The notes: generated from the letters alone by a model not told the origin. 64,000 bases of DNA from Bacteroidales bacterium (GCA_016707705.1 JADJHD010000004.1:24960-88959), one strand, 5' to 3'; shown: positions 1-9,357, counted from the stretch's first letter. Translations and numbers: made by a program.

Positions 1-2
1 TA

Positions 3-431
3 GGATCACTATTAGTCTCATTATTCATTACTCAACAAGTAATTCTCGTAGTATTACTAATATTTGTTGTATTCTCCATTTTTGTTCTGCTTTTATCAAA
101 ATATAATAAACCAGTAATACTAGTTAAGATTGATTACGCTGCTGAACTCATCATTTTCCTTTCGATAATTTACGGATGGAAAAGGAAAACAACTAAAATT
201 CCATTCCAAGAAATTAAAATAATCAACAGACCAAGGTTATTATTCAAATCATACAATGAGGTCCTAGAAATAAGGCATGAAAAAAAACTCAAAATTGTAA
301 TTCCTAGGAATTCAAAATCCAACTCAAGACTGATTGATCAGTTCTTAAATGAAATAAAATTACTTGAGGAGCTCAACAAGGTTAAAAATGAACAAATTAA
401 CATTAATATGAAGAATAAGCACCTGGCCTAA
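3..431 (+). CDS. hypothetical membrane protein, 5' end outside window
   Basis: Frame open from window edge to TAA 429-431 (143 codons without stop in AT-rich DNA); hydrophobic stretches (LLVSLFITQQVILVVLLIFVVFSIFVLLL, AELIIFLSIIYGW) then Lys/Asn-rich tail; absent from ORF track because it has no start in the window. Confidence 0.45.
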   Translation, partial: GSLLVSLFITQQVILVVLLIFVVFSIFVLLLSKYNKPVILVKIDYAAELIIFLSIIYGWKRKTTKIPFQEIKIINRPRLLFKSYNEVLEIRHEKKLKIVIPRNSKSNSRLIDQFLNEIKLLEELNKVKNEQININMKNKHLA

Positions 432-1021
432 CACAGGTAGCTGTTGCACAACCCTTAAAAACTAAATTGTTTAAACTTATAAAGTAGAAAACTGCGCAAG
501 AATTTGGTGTATTTTCAAAAGTTGGTCATTCTGCATTACTGCTTATCATAAAATTTCTTATACGAAAACAGGTTTGAAATAAACTAAAAACAGGTTTAAA
601 ACCGATGCTTTTATTACTTTTTGATCAAGTAGCAGAGCCTGTGAAACTGATTCAACCTTAGTTGACTTAAACCTTAGGTATTTATTAAGATTATTGTGTG
701 TAAACTCCCCCCAAAATAGTACAGTTTAGAACTAGACAGAAAAAAAGTTTAAACTTGTGTTATTATGAAGAAAAACACATTTAAACTAATGCATTCATGA
801 TTTAATTTCTCTGCAGATCTATTTCCAATTCTGACATCCAGGTAATTTATTCGTCGCAATCAGGTGATGATTCCGGAAAATTTCGGCCACCCTCGTTCAT
901 GCCGCATTAAGATAATTCCAAGTCAGGTAATTTTATTTTTTTCAGTATCCTGTAAGGGTAAAACCCTTTTCAATTGTCTTATATACAGATTATCTACATT
1001 CATCATATTAAACCTAATCCT

Positions 1022-1669
1022 ATGAAATCCTCAAATCTTTCCAGCCTCAAATTATTTCAATTTCCAGCTTACCTGTTTATCGTATTGTTTGTCCTTTCGT
1101 TTGCCTCCTGTGAAAAGGAAGAATCGTCAGAAATCAAATACGGTTTGCAGTTCAGTGATATCAGCTATTTCCCAGGGAAAGATATTGCCTTGACTTTTAC
1201 CGTAGTCCCGAATGTCGACAGGAGTCCCTTTTCCATTAAATGGTATGAGCCCTCAGCATTAACCGGACTTGGTCCATTTACCATGAATATCAGCAGCGAT
1301 TTGTCCCTTGATTTTGAACTGACTGATGCAGGCAACAAAACTGAACGCTTTACCTACAAGGTTTTGGCTGATACAATCGACTCCCTTAAGTATGACTATC
1401 GGAATCGGTACATCGGACAATACAACTGCGATGTGACTTACAGTTACCAGGGCGAGTACCAGTATTTCAAGGATACACTCACCGTCACGAAAAGTGAAGA
1501 GTTCGGAGTCCTGAGGATTAACAACGCCGGCATGATCTATAATGAACCTGGTAGTTTCTATGCCTATCATGCAGGAGCAAGTTTCAGGAACGACAGTATC
1601 TTCTATTCAACAAGCGGTCCGCTGGGTGCTTATTACACATACACCTATATTGGTGCTAAGATGAAATAG
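1022..1669 (+). CDS. hypothetical lipoprotein
   Basis: ORF 974-1669; internal ATG at 1022 gives signal peptide MKSSNLSSLKLFQFPAYLFIVLFVLSFASC with lipobox Cys; no family recognised. Confidence 0.6.
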   Translation: MKSSNLSSLKLFQFPAYLFIVLFVLSFASCEKEESSEIKYGLQFSDISYFPGKDIALTFTVVPNVDRSPFSIKWYEPSALTGLGPFTMNISSDLSLDFELTDAGNKTERFTYKVLADTIDSLKYDYRNRYIGQYNCDVTYSYQGEYQYFKDTLTVTKSEEFGVLRINNAGMIYNEPGSFYAYHAGASFRNDSIFYSTSGPLGAYYTYTYIGAKMK

Positions 1670-1812
1670 TTTTTAAGAGGATATTGGCTTATTCTGATCT
1701 CAAATTTGAAAAATTGATTGGTAATAAAATATTTGGACATATTTTGATGTTCATATGTTGGAGTCTTGCAGAAATCAAGATCATTCAATTTTAGAAATGT
1801 TTCTTTCAGAAT

Positions 1813-2985
1813 ATGGCCAATCCTTGCAACCTGCCGTTTCAGTTGTCCCGGGTCTCATACCGACAATTTCTGCTGATAGCAATCCTTTCCTTATTCGGAT
1901 TATCCGTCTCTGCTCAGGAAATCAAGGCAAAGAAGCAATATCCATGCATTTCATTCAATTATGCTTATGGGAATATTATTCCTACTACCGATTTTGTGAA
2001 GGGGGATAATCTTGTTGGCCATTCACTCGATCACTACCGCTCCATCTCGATAAAGGCTCTCTGGCAAAACCCCGGTTACCGCGATTGGCAGAAGATCTAT
2101 CGTGCTCCTTACTACGGTGCTGGCTTTACAATGAGTGAATTCTTCGATCAGGAAGAGATAGGACGGCCTGTTTCGGTGTATGGGATACTTGGAATCCCCG
2201 TAGTTCGCTGGAAGCATTTCGATATCTATTCCGAATTTCAGTATGGGATGGCCTTCAATTGGGAACACTACGATTCGGTCAGCAATCCCAAGAATCTTGT
2301 AATCGGCGGCGGAATGACCGTTCACCTTAATATCGGTTTCAATGCTTTTTACCATCTTGGCAAGCACCTCGACCTGGGTGCAGGAATCAGCTTCATACAC
2401 TTCTCCAACGGTGGTTTTGAACGTCCCAACCGGGGATTCAATATCTATGCTCCCTCTGCTGAACTGAAATACAGAATCGGAGGCCGCCCTGACCTGAAAT
2501 CAGTCAGACTGAAAGGCAGAATCAATCGTTCCAATGATCTCTATTTTATGCTTGGGTATGGCGACCACCAGCTGAATGAGCATGAACTCGACAGCAATTA
2601 TTTCGCTATCATTGGTTTGAGTGCCATATATTTCAATCAGCTATCCAATGCTTTCCGTCTGGGTGCCGGTACCGATCTCAATTACTGGATGGGTTTAACT
2701 GCTCTACCCGATGGCAGAATGGGCCCCCGCAATTTCAAAAATCTGACTGTTGGACTGATCCTGCAACCTGAATTCGCTATTGGAAAACTTACCCTTGTTG
2801 GCGGCGTTGGCATTTATGCAGTTCACCTAAACTACGGTAATTTCAAGCAAACCTACCAGCGGCTTGGGGTACGTTATGATTTCTACCATAATTACTCCAT
2901 CGGTGTTAATGTGCGTGCCATCAATTTTATGCTTGCTGAGTTTATGGAGTTTAATCTTGGGTACAGGCTACGAAGGTTGAAGTGA
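1813..2985 (+). CDS. outer-membrane acyloxyacyl hydrolase / PagL-like lipid A deacylase family protein (tentative)
   Basis: 390 aa, signal peptide ending SVSAQE, beta-barrel-like alternating pattern, motif ISFIHFSNGGFERPNRGFN resembling the HxSNG...PN motif of PagL-family proteins (recalled, not searched). Confidence 0.45.
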   Translation: MANPCNLPFQLSRVSYRQFLLIAILSLFGLSVSAQEIKAKKQYPCISFNYAYGNIIPTTDFVKGDNLVGHSLDHYRSISIKALWQNPGYRDWQKIYRAPYYGAGFTMSEFFDQEEIGRPVSVYGILGIPVVRWKHFDIYSEFQYGMAFNWEHYDSVSNPKNLVIGGGMTVHLNIGFNAFYHLGKHLDLGAGISFIHFSNGGFERPNRGFNIYAPSAELKYRIGGRPDLKSVRLKGRINRSNDLYFMLGYGDHQLNEHELDSNYFAIIGLSAIYFNQLSNAFRLGAGTDLNYWMGLTALPDGRMGPRNFKNLTVGLILQPEFAIGKLTLVGGVGIYAVHLNYGNFKQTYQRLGVRYDFYHNYSIGVNVRAINFMLAEFMEFNLGYRLRRLK

Positions 2986-3199
2986 TTGCGGGTTTCGGAT
3001 TGCGGGTTTCGGAATTTTGAATATGGGTGTTTGCCCGCTGGTGGTCGGATAAAAAGGACTGAATTGTTCAATGACCAAATCCGTGTAGATCTGTGTTTCC
3101 AGTGTCATCAGTGTTCTATATTGTGCTACTTGCAAAATTTAGAACCACTAAGGCACTAAGGGCACTAAGAGACACTAAGAACTAAACTGCTAACAACTA
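2984..3199. repeat. intergenic modular repeat locus L1 (tandem 14-mers, degenerate hairpin, GCTACTTGCAA block, ACTAAG stutter)
   Basis: GATTGCGGGTTTCG x2 at 2984-3011; TTGCCCGCTGGTGGTCGGAT 3031-3050; GTGTCATCAGTGTTCTA...GCTACTTGCAA...TAGAAC 3102-3145; ACTAAG/ACTAAC words 3147-3199. Confidence 0.8.
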
Positions 3200-4573
3200 A
3201 AGCAGCTGCGTGATCATGCCGGGAATAAGTCCGAGGGCGAACTGGGCGAGGCAGAGGAGAACCAGGAAGACTTTCAGCCAGGGATTAAGGCCGATAACAA
3301 TTTGTCCGCCCTCCTTGAAGAACATGGAAATAACAGGCTTCAAATAGAACGCCAGACTGATTGCAGAACCAAGAATAGCAATGATAACCAGGTAAAGATG
3401 TCCGCTTTCCAGCGTTGAGGAAAACAAGGCAAATTTCCCCATAAAACCTGCCAAAGGCGGAATACCTGTCAATGAAAGCATGGAAATAGCCAGCGTAATG
3501 GCAATCAGTGGATTCCTTCTTGCCAGTCCCTGATAATGCTCCATCTTGTCATCATAGATAAAATCCTTTACCAGCATCAGCACTACAAAAGCGGCATAGG
3601 TAGAAAGAGAATAGGCTGCCAGATAAAGCAGTACTGCACCCATTGAAGTTGCATTTGACGCTACGAGAGCCATCAGCAGGTAACCAGTATGTGCAATACC
3701 CGAATAAGCCAGGAGTCGCTTGAAAGTGCGTTGATACAATGCAGTGACATTAGCCAGAATAATGGTGGCAGCTGAAAGAATCACCACTGTGGTGCTCCAG
3801 AAGGGCTGTATTGCCATGAAACTATGGTTGAAGAGGCGGAATATAGCTGCAACGCCAGCCACCTTTACAACAGTCGCCATGAAGGAGGTGATAACTGTGG
3901 GAGCACCCTGATAAACATCCGGAACCCAGAAATGAAAAGGAACGGCTGCAACCTTGAACACTAATCCGATAAGCGTGAGCAGCATTCCTGCATAGAACAT
4001 CTTCGGCAAATCGTTCGCATGAGAAGTGGCATAAAGTCCGATGGCTTCCAGGTTAAAGGAGCCGGCGGAACCATAAAGCAGAGCAATTCCGAAAAGTAGA
4101 AATCCTGAAGCGAAGGAGCCCATCAGGAAGTATTTCATGGATGCTTCCTTGGCGAGGTTATCAAATTTCTTGCTTCCAGCCAGAACGTACATCGAAATGG
4201 AAAGTGTTTCAATCCCGATAAACAGCATGGAAAGATTGGAGAAGGAGGTCATCAGCGTTCCCCCGATAAGGGAGAAGATCATCAGGATATAGACATCATC
4301 CAGCGGTTTTACAACATTTCTGAAGTAATGTCCGGCAATAAGCACCACCAGCATGGCCATTACAATGAGAATGGTGTTGAAGGCAACTGCATAATTATCA
4401 ACGAACATCATTTCGTTGTAATAATGCCTGTAGGTGTTCCAATCGTTGATATTCAGTGCCAGTGCAACTGCCATTCCGGTCACCAGCACGGGAACTATCC
4501 ATTTATATTTATGCCAGGCTCCGATCAGCATGGTGATGATCGCTAGTACCGACAATGCAATTAATGTGGCCAT
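3197..4573 (-). CDS. nuoN: NADH-quinone oxidoreductase subunit N
   Basis: 458-aa polytopic antiporter-like protein, last gene of nuoA-N order, ND2/NuoN-like sequence. Confidence 0.9.
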   Translation of the reverse strand: MATLIALSVLAIITMLIGAWHKYKWIVPVLVTGMAVALALNINDWNTYRHYYNEMMFVDNYAVAFNTILIVMAMLVVLIAGHYFRNVVKPLDDVYILMIFSLIGGTLMTSFSNLSMLFIGIETLSISMYVLAGSKKFDNLAKEASMKYFLMGSFASGFLLFGIALLYGSAGSFNLEAIGLYATSHANDLPKMFYAGMLLTLIGLVFKVAAVPFHFWVPDVYQGAPTVITSFMATVVKVAGVAAIFRLFNHSFMAIQPFWSTTVVILSAATIILANVTALYQRTFKRLLAYSGIAHTGYLLMALVASNATSMGAVLLYLAAYSLSTYAAFVVLMLVKDFIYDDKMEHYQGLARRNPLIAITLAISMLSLTGIPPLAGFMGKFALFSSTLESGHLYLVIIAILGSAISLAFYLKPVISMFFKEGGQIVIGLNPWLKVFLVLLCLAQFALGLIPGMITQLL

Positions 4574-4595
4574 GTTTGTTCAGTTTCTTGTTTTC

Positions 4596-6041
4596 CTAAC
4601 GCCCGATTAGTTGCAGCAGGGCAGGTTCAGCTATATGCAGAAAGGTGGACGGATATATTCCAATCCAGAAAATCATGATTACAAGCGGCGATAAAATGAG
4701 TATCTCCCTTGTACTTAAATCCTTGAATTCGGCAAGGTTATCGCCCGGTTTACCGAACATTACCCTTTGATTCATCCAGAGCAGGTAAATTGCCGTGAAT
4801 ATGATGGTAAGTCCTGCAATCACTGCTACCCACGCCTTATATTCGAAAAGTCCCAGCAAAAGCAGGAACTCTCCTACAAATCCATTAGTGAGGGGAAGTG
4901 CTACAGTGCCAAGGATGATTATCATAAAGAAAGCCGCCATAATGGGTGCCTTGGTGGCAATTCCACCCATATCGGAGATATTCTTGGATTTCAGCCTTAC
5001 ATGCAGCATTTCAATCATAGCGAAGAGACCAACCACATTGATACCATGCGATATCATCTGAAGTGTGCCTCCCTGTAATCCCTGAATATTCAATGTTAGA
5101 ACCCCGGCAGTAATGAGTCCGACGTGGGCAATGGAGGCATAGGCCACCATTTTCTTCAGATTATCCTGCTTTATGGCAATAATGGAGGCATAAACAATAC
5201 CTGTAACGCTCAGTAATATGGCAAGCCAGCCCCATTCGGCCAGTGCATCCGGACAAAGCGGAATAAGAAGTCGCAGAATGCCATAGATTCCCATTTTCAG
5301 CATGATACCGGCAAGCAGCATGCTACCCTGATAAGGTGCAATGTCGTAGGTATCGGGTTGCCAGGTATGGAAAGGAAATACCGGAATCTTAATGGCAAAT
5401 GCCAGGAAGAAGGCTGCAAATACCCAGGTCTGCATTTCATTGCTCATGCTCACCGCATAGAGTGCATCAAAACTGAAGGAGTGCGGCGCAGGAGTAGCAA
5501 GGTAGAGCATAATCAGGGCCACCAGCATGAAAAGGCTGCCCAGCAGGGTGTATACAAAGAATTTAAAGGTGATTTTAATCTTGTCGGTGCTGCCCCAGAG
5601 TCCGCAGATAAAGTAAATCGGAATCAGTGCAAGCTCCCAGGAAATGTAGAACATCAGTCCGTCGCGGGCAGTAAACACTCCGAGCAGCGCAAGTTCCATC
5701 AGCAGTATCAGTGCATAGAAAACATGCGGACGCCGGTAGGTTTTCCTGAAGGCTGAAAGCACGATCAGCGGACTCAGGAAGGTGGTGAGCAGCAGCAGAA
5801 GCAGGCTGATTCCATCCAGTCCGAAACTGAAGGTTATTCCCATTTCTCCCAGCAAGATGTACTTAAAACCTGAGTTATACAATGAGGGAGTGGCCGCAAT
5901 GAATACTGACAACAGGAAACTCAGGATGGAGGTAGCCAGTGCAATCCACTTTGCCCTTCCGGGTTGCGGACTTACCAGGCTCAGCACAGCCCCGAGAAAA
6001 GTAACAATAAGGATAACAATCAATATCATGCGACAAATCAA
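4596..6041 (-). CDS. nuoM: NADH-quinone oxidoreductase subunit M
   Basis: 481-aa antiporter-like membrane protein (ND4-like), between nuoL and nuoN. Confidence 0.9.
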   Translation of the reverse strand: MICRMILIVILIVTFLGAVLSLVSPQPGRAKWIALATSILSFLLSVFIAATPSLYNSGFKYILLGEMGITFSFGLDGISLLLLLLTTFLSPLIVLSAFRKTYRRPHVFYALILLMELALLGVFTARDGLMFYISWELALIPIYFICGLWGSTDKIKITFKFFVYTLLGSLFMLVALIMLYLATPAPHSFSFDALYAVSMSNEMQTWVFAAFFLAFAIKIPVFPFHTWQPDTYDIAPYQGSMLLAGIMLKMGIYGILRLLIPLCPDALAEWGWLAILLSVTGIVYASIIAIKQDNLKKMVAYASIAHVGLITAGVLTLNIQGLQGGTLQMISHGINVVGLFAMIEMLHVRLKSKNISDMGGIATKAPIMAAFFMIIILGTVALPLTNGFVGEFLLLLGLFEYKAWVAVIAGLTIIFTAIYLLWMNQRVMFGKPGDNLAEFKDLSTREILILSPLVIMIFWIGIYPSTFLHIAEPALLQLIGR

Positions 6042-7924
6042 ATTACCAGGTTAAAGAAGAGAATCAGAATAATGCCGATTACCATCATGAAGAGATAGAA
6101 GCCGGTATTTCCGGTTTGCAGCAGCCGGAAGGTGTTCCCGGCCCGGATTACCGTATTCCCAATTCCATTGACAAAGCCATCTATAATTTTGACTTCCAGT
6201 ATCTTGTGGAACTGTGTTGAAAGCCAGAGTCCGGGTTTTACAAAAAGGGAATCATAAATCTCATCGATGTAGTACTTTCTGCTCAATACTCCCGCAAATC
6301 CTGTTGGTTCTGTCATTTCGGCTTCGGTAGACTGTTTCCTGCCAAACTTGTTATAAGCCAGGTAGATGGCTGTTAAAGTAAGCGCGATGGTTACAATCAG
6401 CAGCATCCATTCCGGAGCATGCACCTCTTCGGTCACTTGCGGGTGGAAACTGAAAACAGGTGCAAGGAATTTCTCAAGCTGCATTTCTCCTCCAAACAGA
6501 TGCGGAATGCCAATAAAGCCTCCAAATGCCGCCAGCACTGCAAGTATCATCAGGGGAACTGTCATCACCCTTGGCGATTCATGCAGATGTTCGTCCTGTT
6601 CCTTTGTCCCCCTGAATTTACCGGTGAAGGTGAGAAAGAACAACCGGAACATATAGAATGCGGTGAGCAGAGCACCGGCAAGAGCCAGTCCCCACATCAG
6701 CGGACTGAATTCAAATACTTTCAGCAGGATCTCATCCTTTGAAAAGAATCCTGATAGGGGTGGAATTCCGGCAATGGCAAGGGTTGCAATCAGAAAAGTG
6801 AAATAGGTGATTTTCATTTTTCCCGATAGCCCACCCATCTTTCGGATATCCTGTTCGCCGCCCATGGCATGGATAACACTTCCGGCACCGAGGAACAGCA
6901 GGGCCTTGAAGAATGCATGGGTTGTGAGGTGGAATACTGCACCTGTGAATGAACCTACTCCCAGCGCGAGGAACATATACCCCAGTTGGCTGATGGTTGA
7001 ATAGGCAAGGACTTTCTTGATATCGTTCTGGTATAATGCTATGCTTGCCGCAAGCAGGGCAGTTGCCAGTCCCGTGATTGCTATCAGCTGCAAACTGAAT
7101 GGAGCCAGCACATAAAGCACATTGCATCTGGCTACCATATAAACGCCTGCTGTAACCATGGTTGCAGCATGAATAAGCGCTGAAACCGGCGTTGGACCTG
7201 CCATGGCATCAGGCAACCATGTGAATAGGGGAATCTGGGCGCTTTTACCAACAGCACCAATAAAAAGGAAGAGTGTAATTGCAACGATTGTTGGATCACC
7301 GATGGAGAATGCTTTTGCCTTTTCGAAAACAACTGCATATTCAAGGCTACCGAAAGCTTTGAATATCATGAACATTCCAATGAGAAAGCCCAGGTCGCCT
7401 ATGCGGTTCATGATGAAAGCCTTCTTGGCGGCATTGTTGTTTTCATGGTCCCTGAACCAGAATCCGATGAGCAGATAGGAGCAGAGTCCCACACCTTCCC
7501 AGCCAATAAACATCACCACGAAATTGGAAGCCATTACCAGCACCAGCATTGAGAACATAAAGAGGTTCATGTAGCTGAAGAACCGGGTTTGTCCTTCATC
7601 ATGCTTCATGTATCCCATTGAATAGAGGTGAATCAGGAAACCGACACCTGTGACAACGAGCAGCATCAGGCTACTTAATGGATCAACAGAGAAGGAGAAG
7701 CCAATATTAAGGGTTCCGACCTTCATCCACTCAAAAAGCAGGGTGTTCAATGAACCGCCGGTGGAGCGGATTTCAAAAAATACAATCAGGGAAAGTAAAA
7801 ACGACAGCAGGACGGCCATACTGGCTATGCCTCCTGCCAATTGTCCGCGTATCCTCCTGAAGCCCAATCCTGTCACCAGGAAGCCCAGAAGGGGGAAGAA
7901 CGGTATTAGCCAGAATGCTTGCAT
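6038..7924 (-). CDS. nuoL: NADH-quinone oxidoreductase subunit L
   Basis: ND5-like antiporter subunit with long C-terminal extension; likely start MQAFWLIPFFPLLGFL at 7924 (ORF extends to 7984); 4-nt overlap with nuoM. Confidence 0.9.
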   Translation of the reverse strand: MQAFWLIPFFPLLGFLVTGLGFRRIRGQLAGGIASMAVLLSFLLSLIVFFEIRSTGGSLNTLLFEWMKVGTLNIGFSFSVDPLSSLMLLVVTGVGFLIHLYSMGYMKHDEGQTRFFSYMNLFMFSMLVLVMASNFVVMFIGWEGVGLCSYLLIGFWFRDHENNNAAKKAFIMNRIGDLGFLIGMFMIFKAFGSLEYAVVFEKAKAFSIGDPTIVAITLFLFIGAVGKSAQIPLFTWLPDAMAGPTPVSALIHAATMVTAGVYMVARCNVLYVLAPFSLQLIAITGLATALLAASIALYQNDIKKVLAYSTISQLGYMFLALGVGSFTGAVFHLTTHAFFKALLFLGAGSVIHAMGGEQDIRKMGGLSGKMKITYFTFLIATLAIAGIPPLSGFFSKDEILLKVFEFSPLMWGLALAGALLTAFYMFRLFFLTFTGKFRGTKEQDEHLHESPRVMTVPLMILAVLAAFGGFIGIPHLFGGEMQLEKFLAPVFSFHPQVTEEVHAPEWMLLIVTIALTLTAIYLAYNKFGRKQSTEAEMTEPTGFAGVLSRKYYIDEIYDSLFVKPGLWLSTQFHKILEVKIIDGFVNGIGNTVIRAGNTFRLLQTGNTGFYLFMMVIGIILILFFNLVI

Positions 7925-8004
7925 CAATGTGTAAAAATGTTTTATCTGCGTTTGATCTGTATTATCTCCTGAATTCTTTACCAATCATGACAAATGAATG
8001 CCAA

Positions 8005-8313
8005 TTACCATTTGAGGCGGTTCAGCAGGTGAATATCCACTGAATGGGTGTACCTGTAAACCATTACCAGGATCGCCAGTCCAATGGCAACCTCGGCTGC
8101 TGCAACCACCATGATAAAGAACACGAAAACCTGTCCGGCCGGGTCATTCATATAGATGGAAAATGCGGCGAGCAGCAGGTTAATGGAGTTCAGCATTAAT
8201 TCCACCGACATGAAAATTGCAAGCGCATTCCTTTTTACGAGAACTCCAACGACCCCTATCACGAAGAGCAGGGTGCAGAATATCAGGTAATCGGTTATTG
8301 TAATTGGAGACAT
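8005..8313 (-). CDS. nuoK: NADH-quinone oxidoreductase subunit K
   Basis: ~100-aa three-helix ND4L-like protein; start MSPITITDYLIF at 8313 inside longer ORF 8005-8370. Confidence 0.9.
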   Translation of the reverse strand: MSPITITDYLIFCTLLFVIGVVGVLVKRNALAIFMSVELMLNSINLLLAAFSIYMNDPAGQVFVFFIMVVAAAEVAIGLAILVMVYRYTHSVDIHLLNRLKW

Positions 8314-8370
8314 GATTATGTGTTTGTATTTTGAAAGCTTTAGAGGATTATAAAGTATATTGTATTGCAA

Positions 8371-8407
8371 TTCAAGAATCCAGAAGTCAGGATTCAGAAG
8401 TCAGAAT
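8371..8407. repeat. 3' inverted stutter arm of the four-helix-bundle cassette (CAGAAT word family)
   Basis: TTCAAGAATCCAGAAGTCAGGATTCAGAAGTCAGAAT; imperfect inverted partner at 8753-8786; encodes last codons and stop of the ORF. Confidence 0.65.
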
Positions 8408-8752
8408 GGCTTGACTATATGCTTCTAATAATTTGCTCACTTCTTCTAACTTTTGTTTCAGCCCAGTATTATCGCCATATTTCAAATCTTGAGCCAGTAT
8501 CAGATAATACCTGCATTCTTCAAGGGATCCTTGTGCTATATTCATAAATCGCAATTTGTCATTCTTCCCTTTCTTCTTGAATCCCTCAGCAATATTAGCA
8601 GGAACAGATATAATTGCTCTTCGCAATTGAGAAGTTAATCCAAACATTTCATTCTTTGGGAATGTACCACTATATTCATAGGTCAATAAGACCAACTGAT
8701 GTGACTTCTGCCATACAAATAAATCTAAAAAACTTTTTGCAGGTTTATTCAT
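8387..8752 (-). CDS. four-helix-bundle protein (23S rRNA intervening-sequence protein family, Avd-like)
   Basis: 121 aa from MNKPAKSFLDLFVWQKSHQL...; motifs LTSQLRRAIISVPANIAEG and GSLEECRYYLILAQDL typical of PF05635/TIGR02436 (recalled); lies between nuoJ and nuoK, co-oriented. Confidence 0.85.
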   Translation of the reverse strand: MNKPAKSFLDLFVWQKSHQLVLLTYEYSGTFPKNEMFGLTSQLRRAIISVPANIAEGFKKKGKNDKLRFMNIAQGSLEECRYYLILAQDLKYGDNTGLKQKLEEVSKLLEAYSQAILTSES

Positions 8753-8786
8753 ATTCTGGCTTCTTGGATTCTGAATTCTGAATTCA
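8753..8786. repeat. 5' inverted stutter arm of the four-helix-bundle cassette
   Basis: Plus strand ATTCTGGCTTCTTGGATTCTGAATTCTGAATTC; sense strand GAATTCAGAATTCAGAATCCAAGAAGCCAGAAT abutting the ATG; terminal AGAAGYCAGAAT matches the other arm 11/12. Confidence 0.65.
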
Positions 8787-8832
8787 TTTTGCTTTAACAT
8801 TACTCATAATTGAGAGAAATTTAAACAGTCTC

Positions 8833-9324
8833 TTAATCTTTTTTACCCAGCAAAACCGCTCCAACCATTGCTGAAAGGAATAGAATGGAGGAAACCTCAA
8901 AGGGGAGCAGGAAATCATTGTAAAGCACTTTCCCAAGGTTTTTTACCAGTCCGATCTGCGTGGTAGTGGGGTCAGTGGTCATTACCATGTCAGTTTGCTT
9001 GAGAACACCTACAAGTGTGAGCATCAGCAGTCCGCCTGCCACAACGGCGCCAAGTTGCACCAGTGCAGGTTTTCGGAATTCAGATTCATTGTTGAGGTTC
9101 AGCAGCATCACGGTAAACAGGAACAGCACCATGATGGCACCGGCATAAACTATGATGTGCACTACCGCCAGAAACTGCGCATTCAGAAGTATGTAGTGAC
9201 CTGCTATGCAAAACATGGCAAGGGTCAGGTACAGAACGTTGTGCACAGGTTTCCTGGAAATGACTACCATCAATGCCGAATACAAAGCCAGGATGCAAAG
9301 GAAATAAAACAGGTAAACCTTCAT
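8833..9324 (-). CDS. nuoJ: NADH-quinone oxidoreductase subunit J
   Basis: 163-aa ND6-like membrane protein in operon order. Confidence 0.85.
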   Translation of the reverse strand: MKVYLFYFLCILALYSALMVVISRKPVHNVLYLTLAMFCIAGHYILLNAQFLAVVHIIVYAGAIMVLFLFTVMLLNLNNESEFRKPALVQLGAVVAGGLLMLTLVGVLKQTDMVMTTDPTTTQIGLVKNLGKVLYNDFLLPFEVSSILFLSAMVGAVLLGKKD

Positions 9325-9357
9325 TCAGTAAGGATTCTTGATCGTTAATATCGTTGG

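Noticed and set aside
1755-2009. 84-aa ORF overlapping the start of the PagL-like gene
   Set aside because: It is an alternative frame of the 5' end of a much longer ORF that has a clear signal peptide, and it has no features of its own.
8387-8752. Diversity-generating retroelement, because the four-helix-bundle protein is Avd-like
   Set aside because: The window contains no reverse transcriptase gene, no template/variable repeat pair and no adenine-mutagenised target. This is a stand-alone family member.
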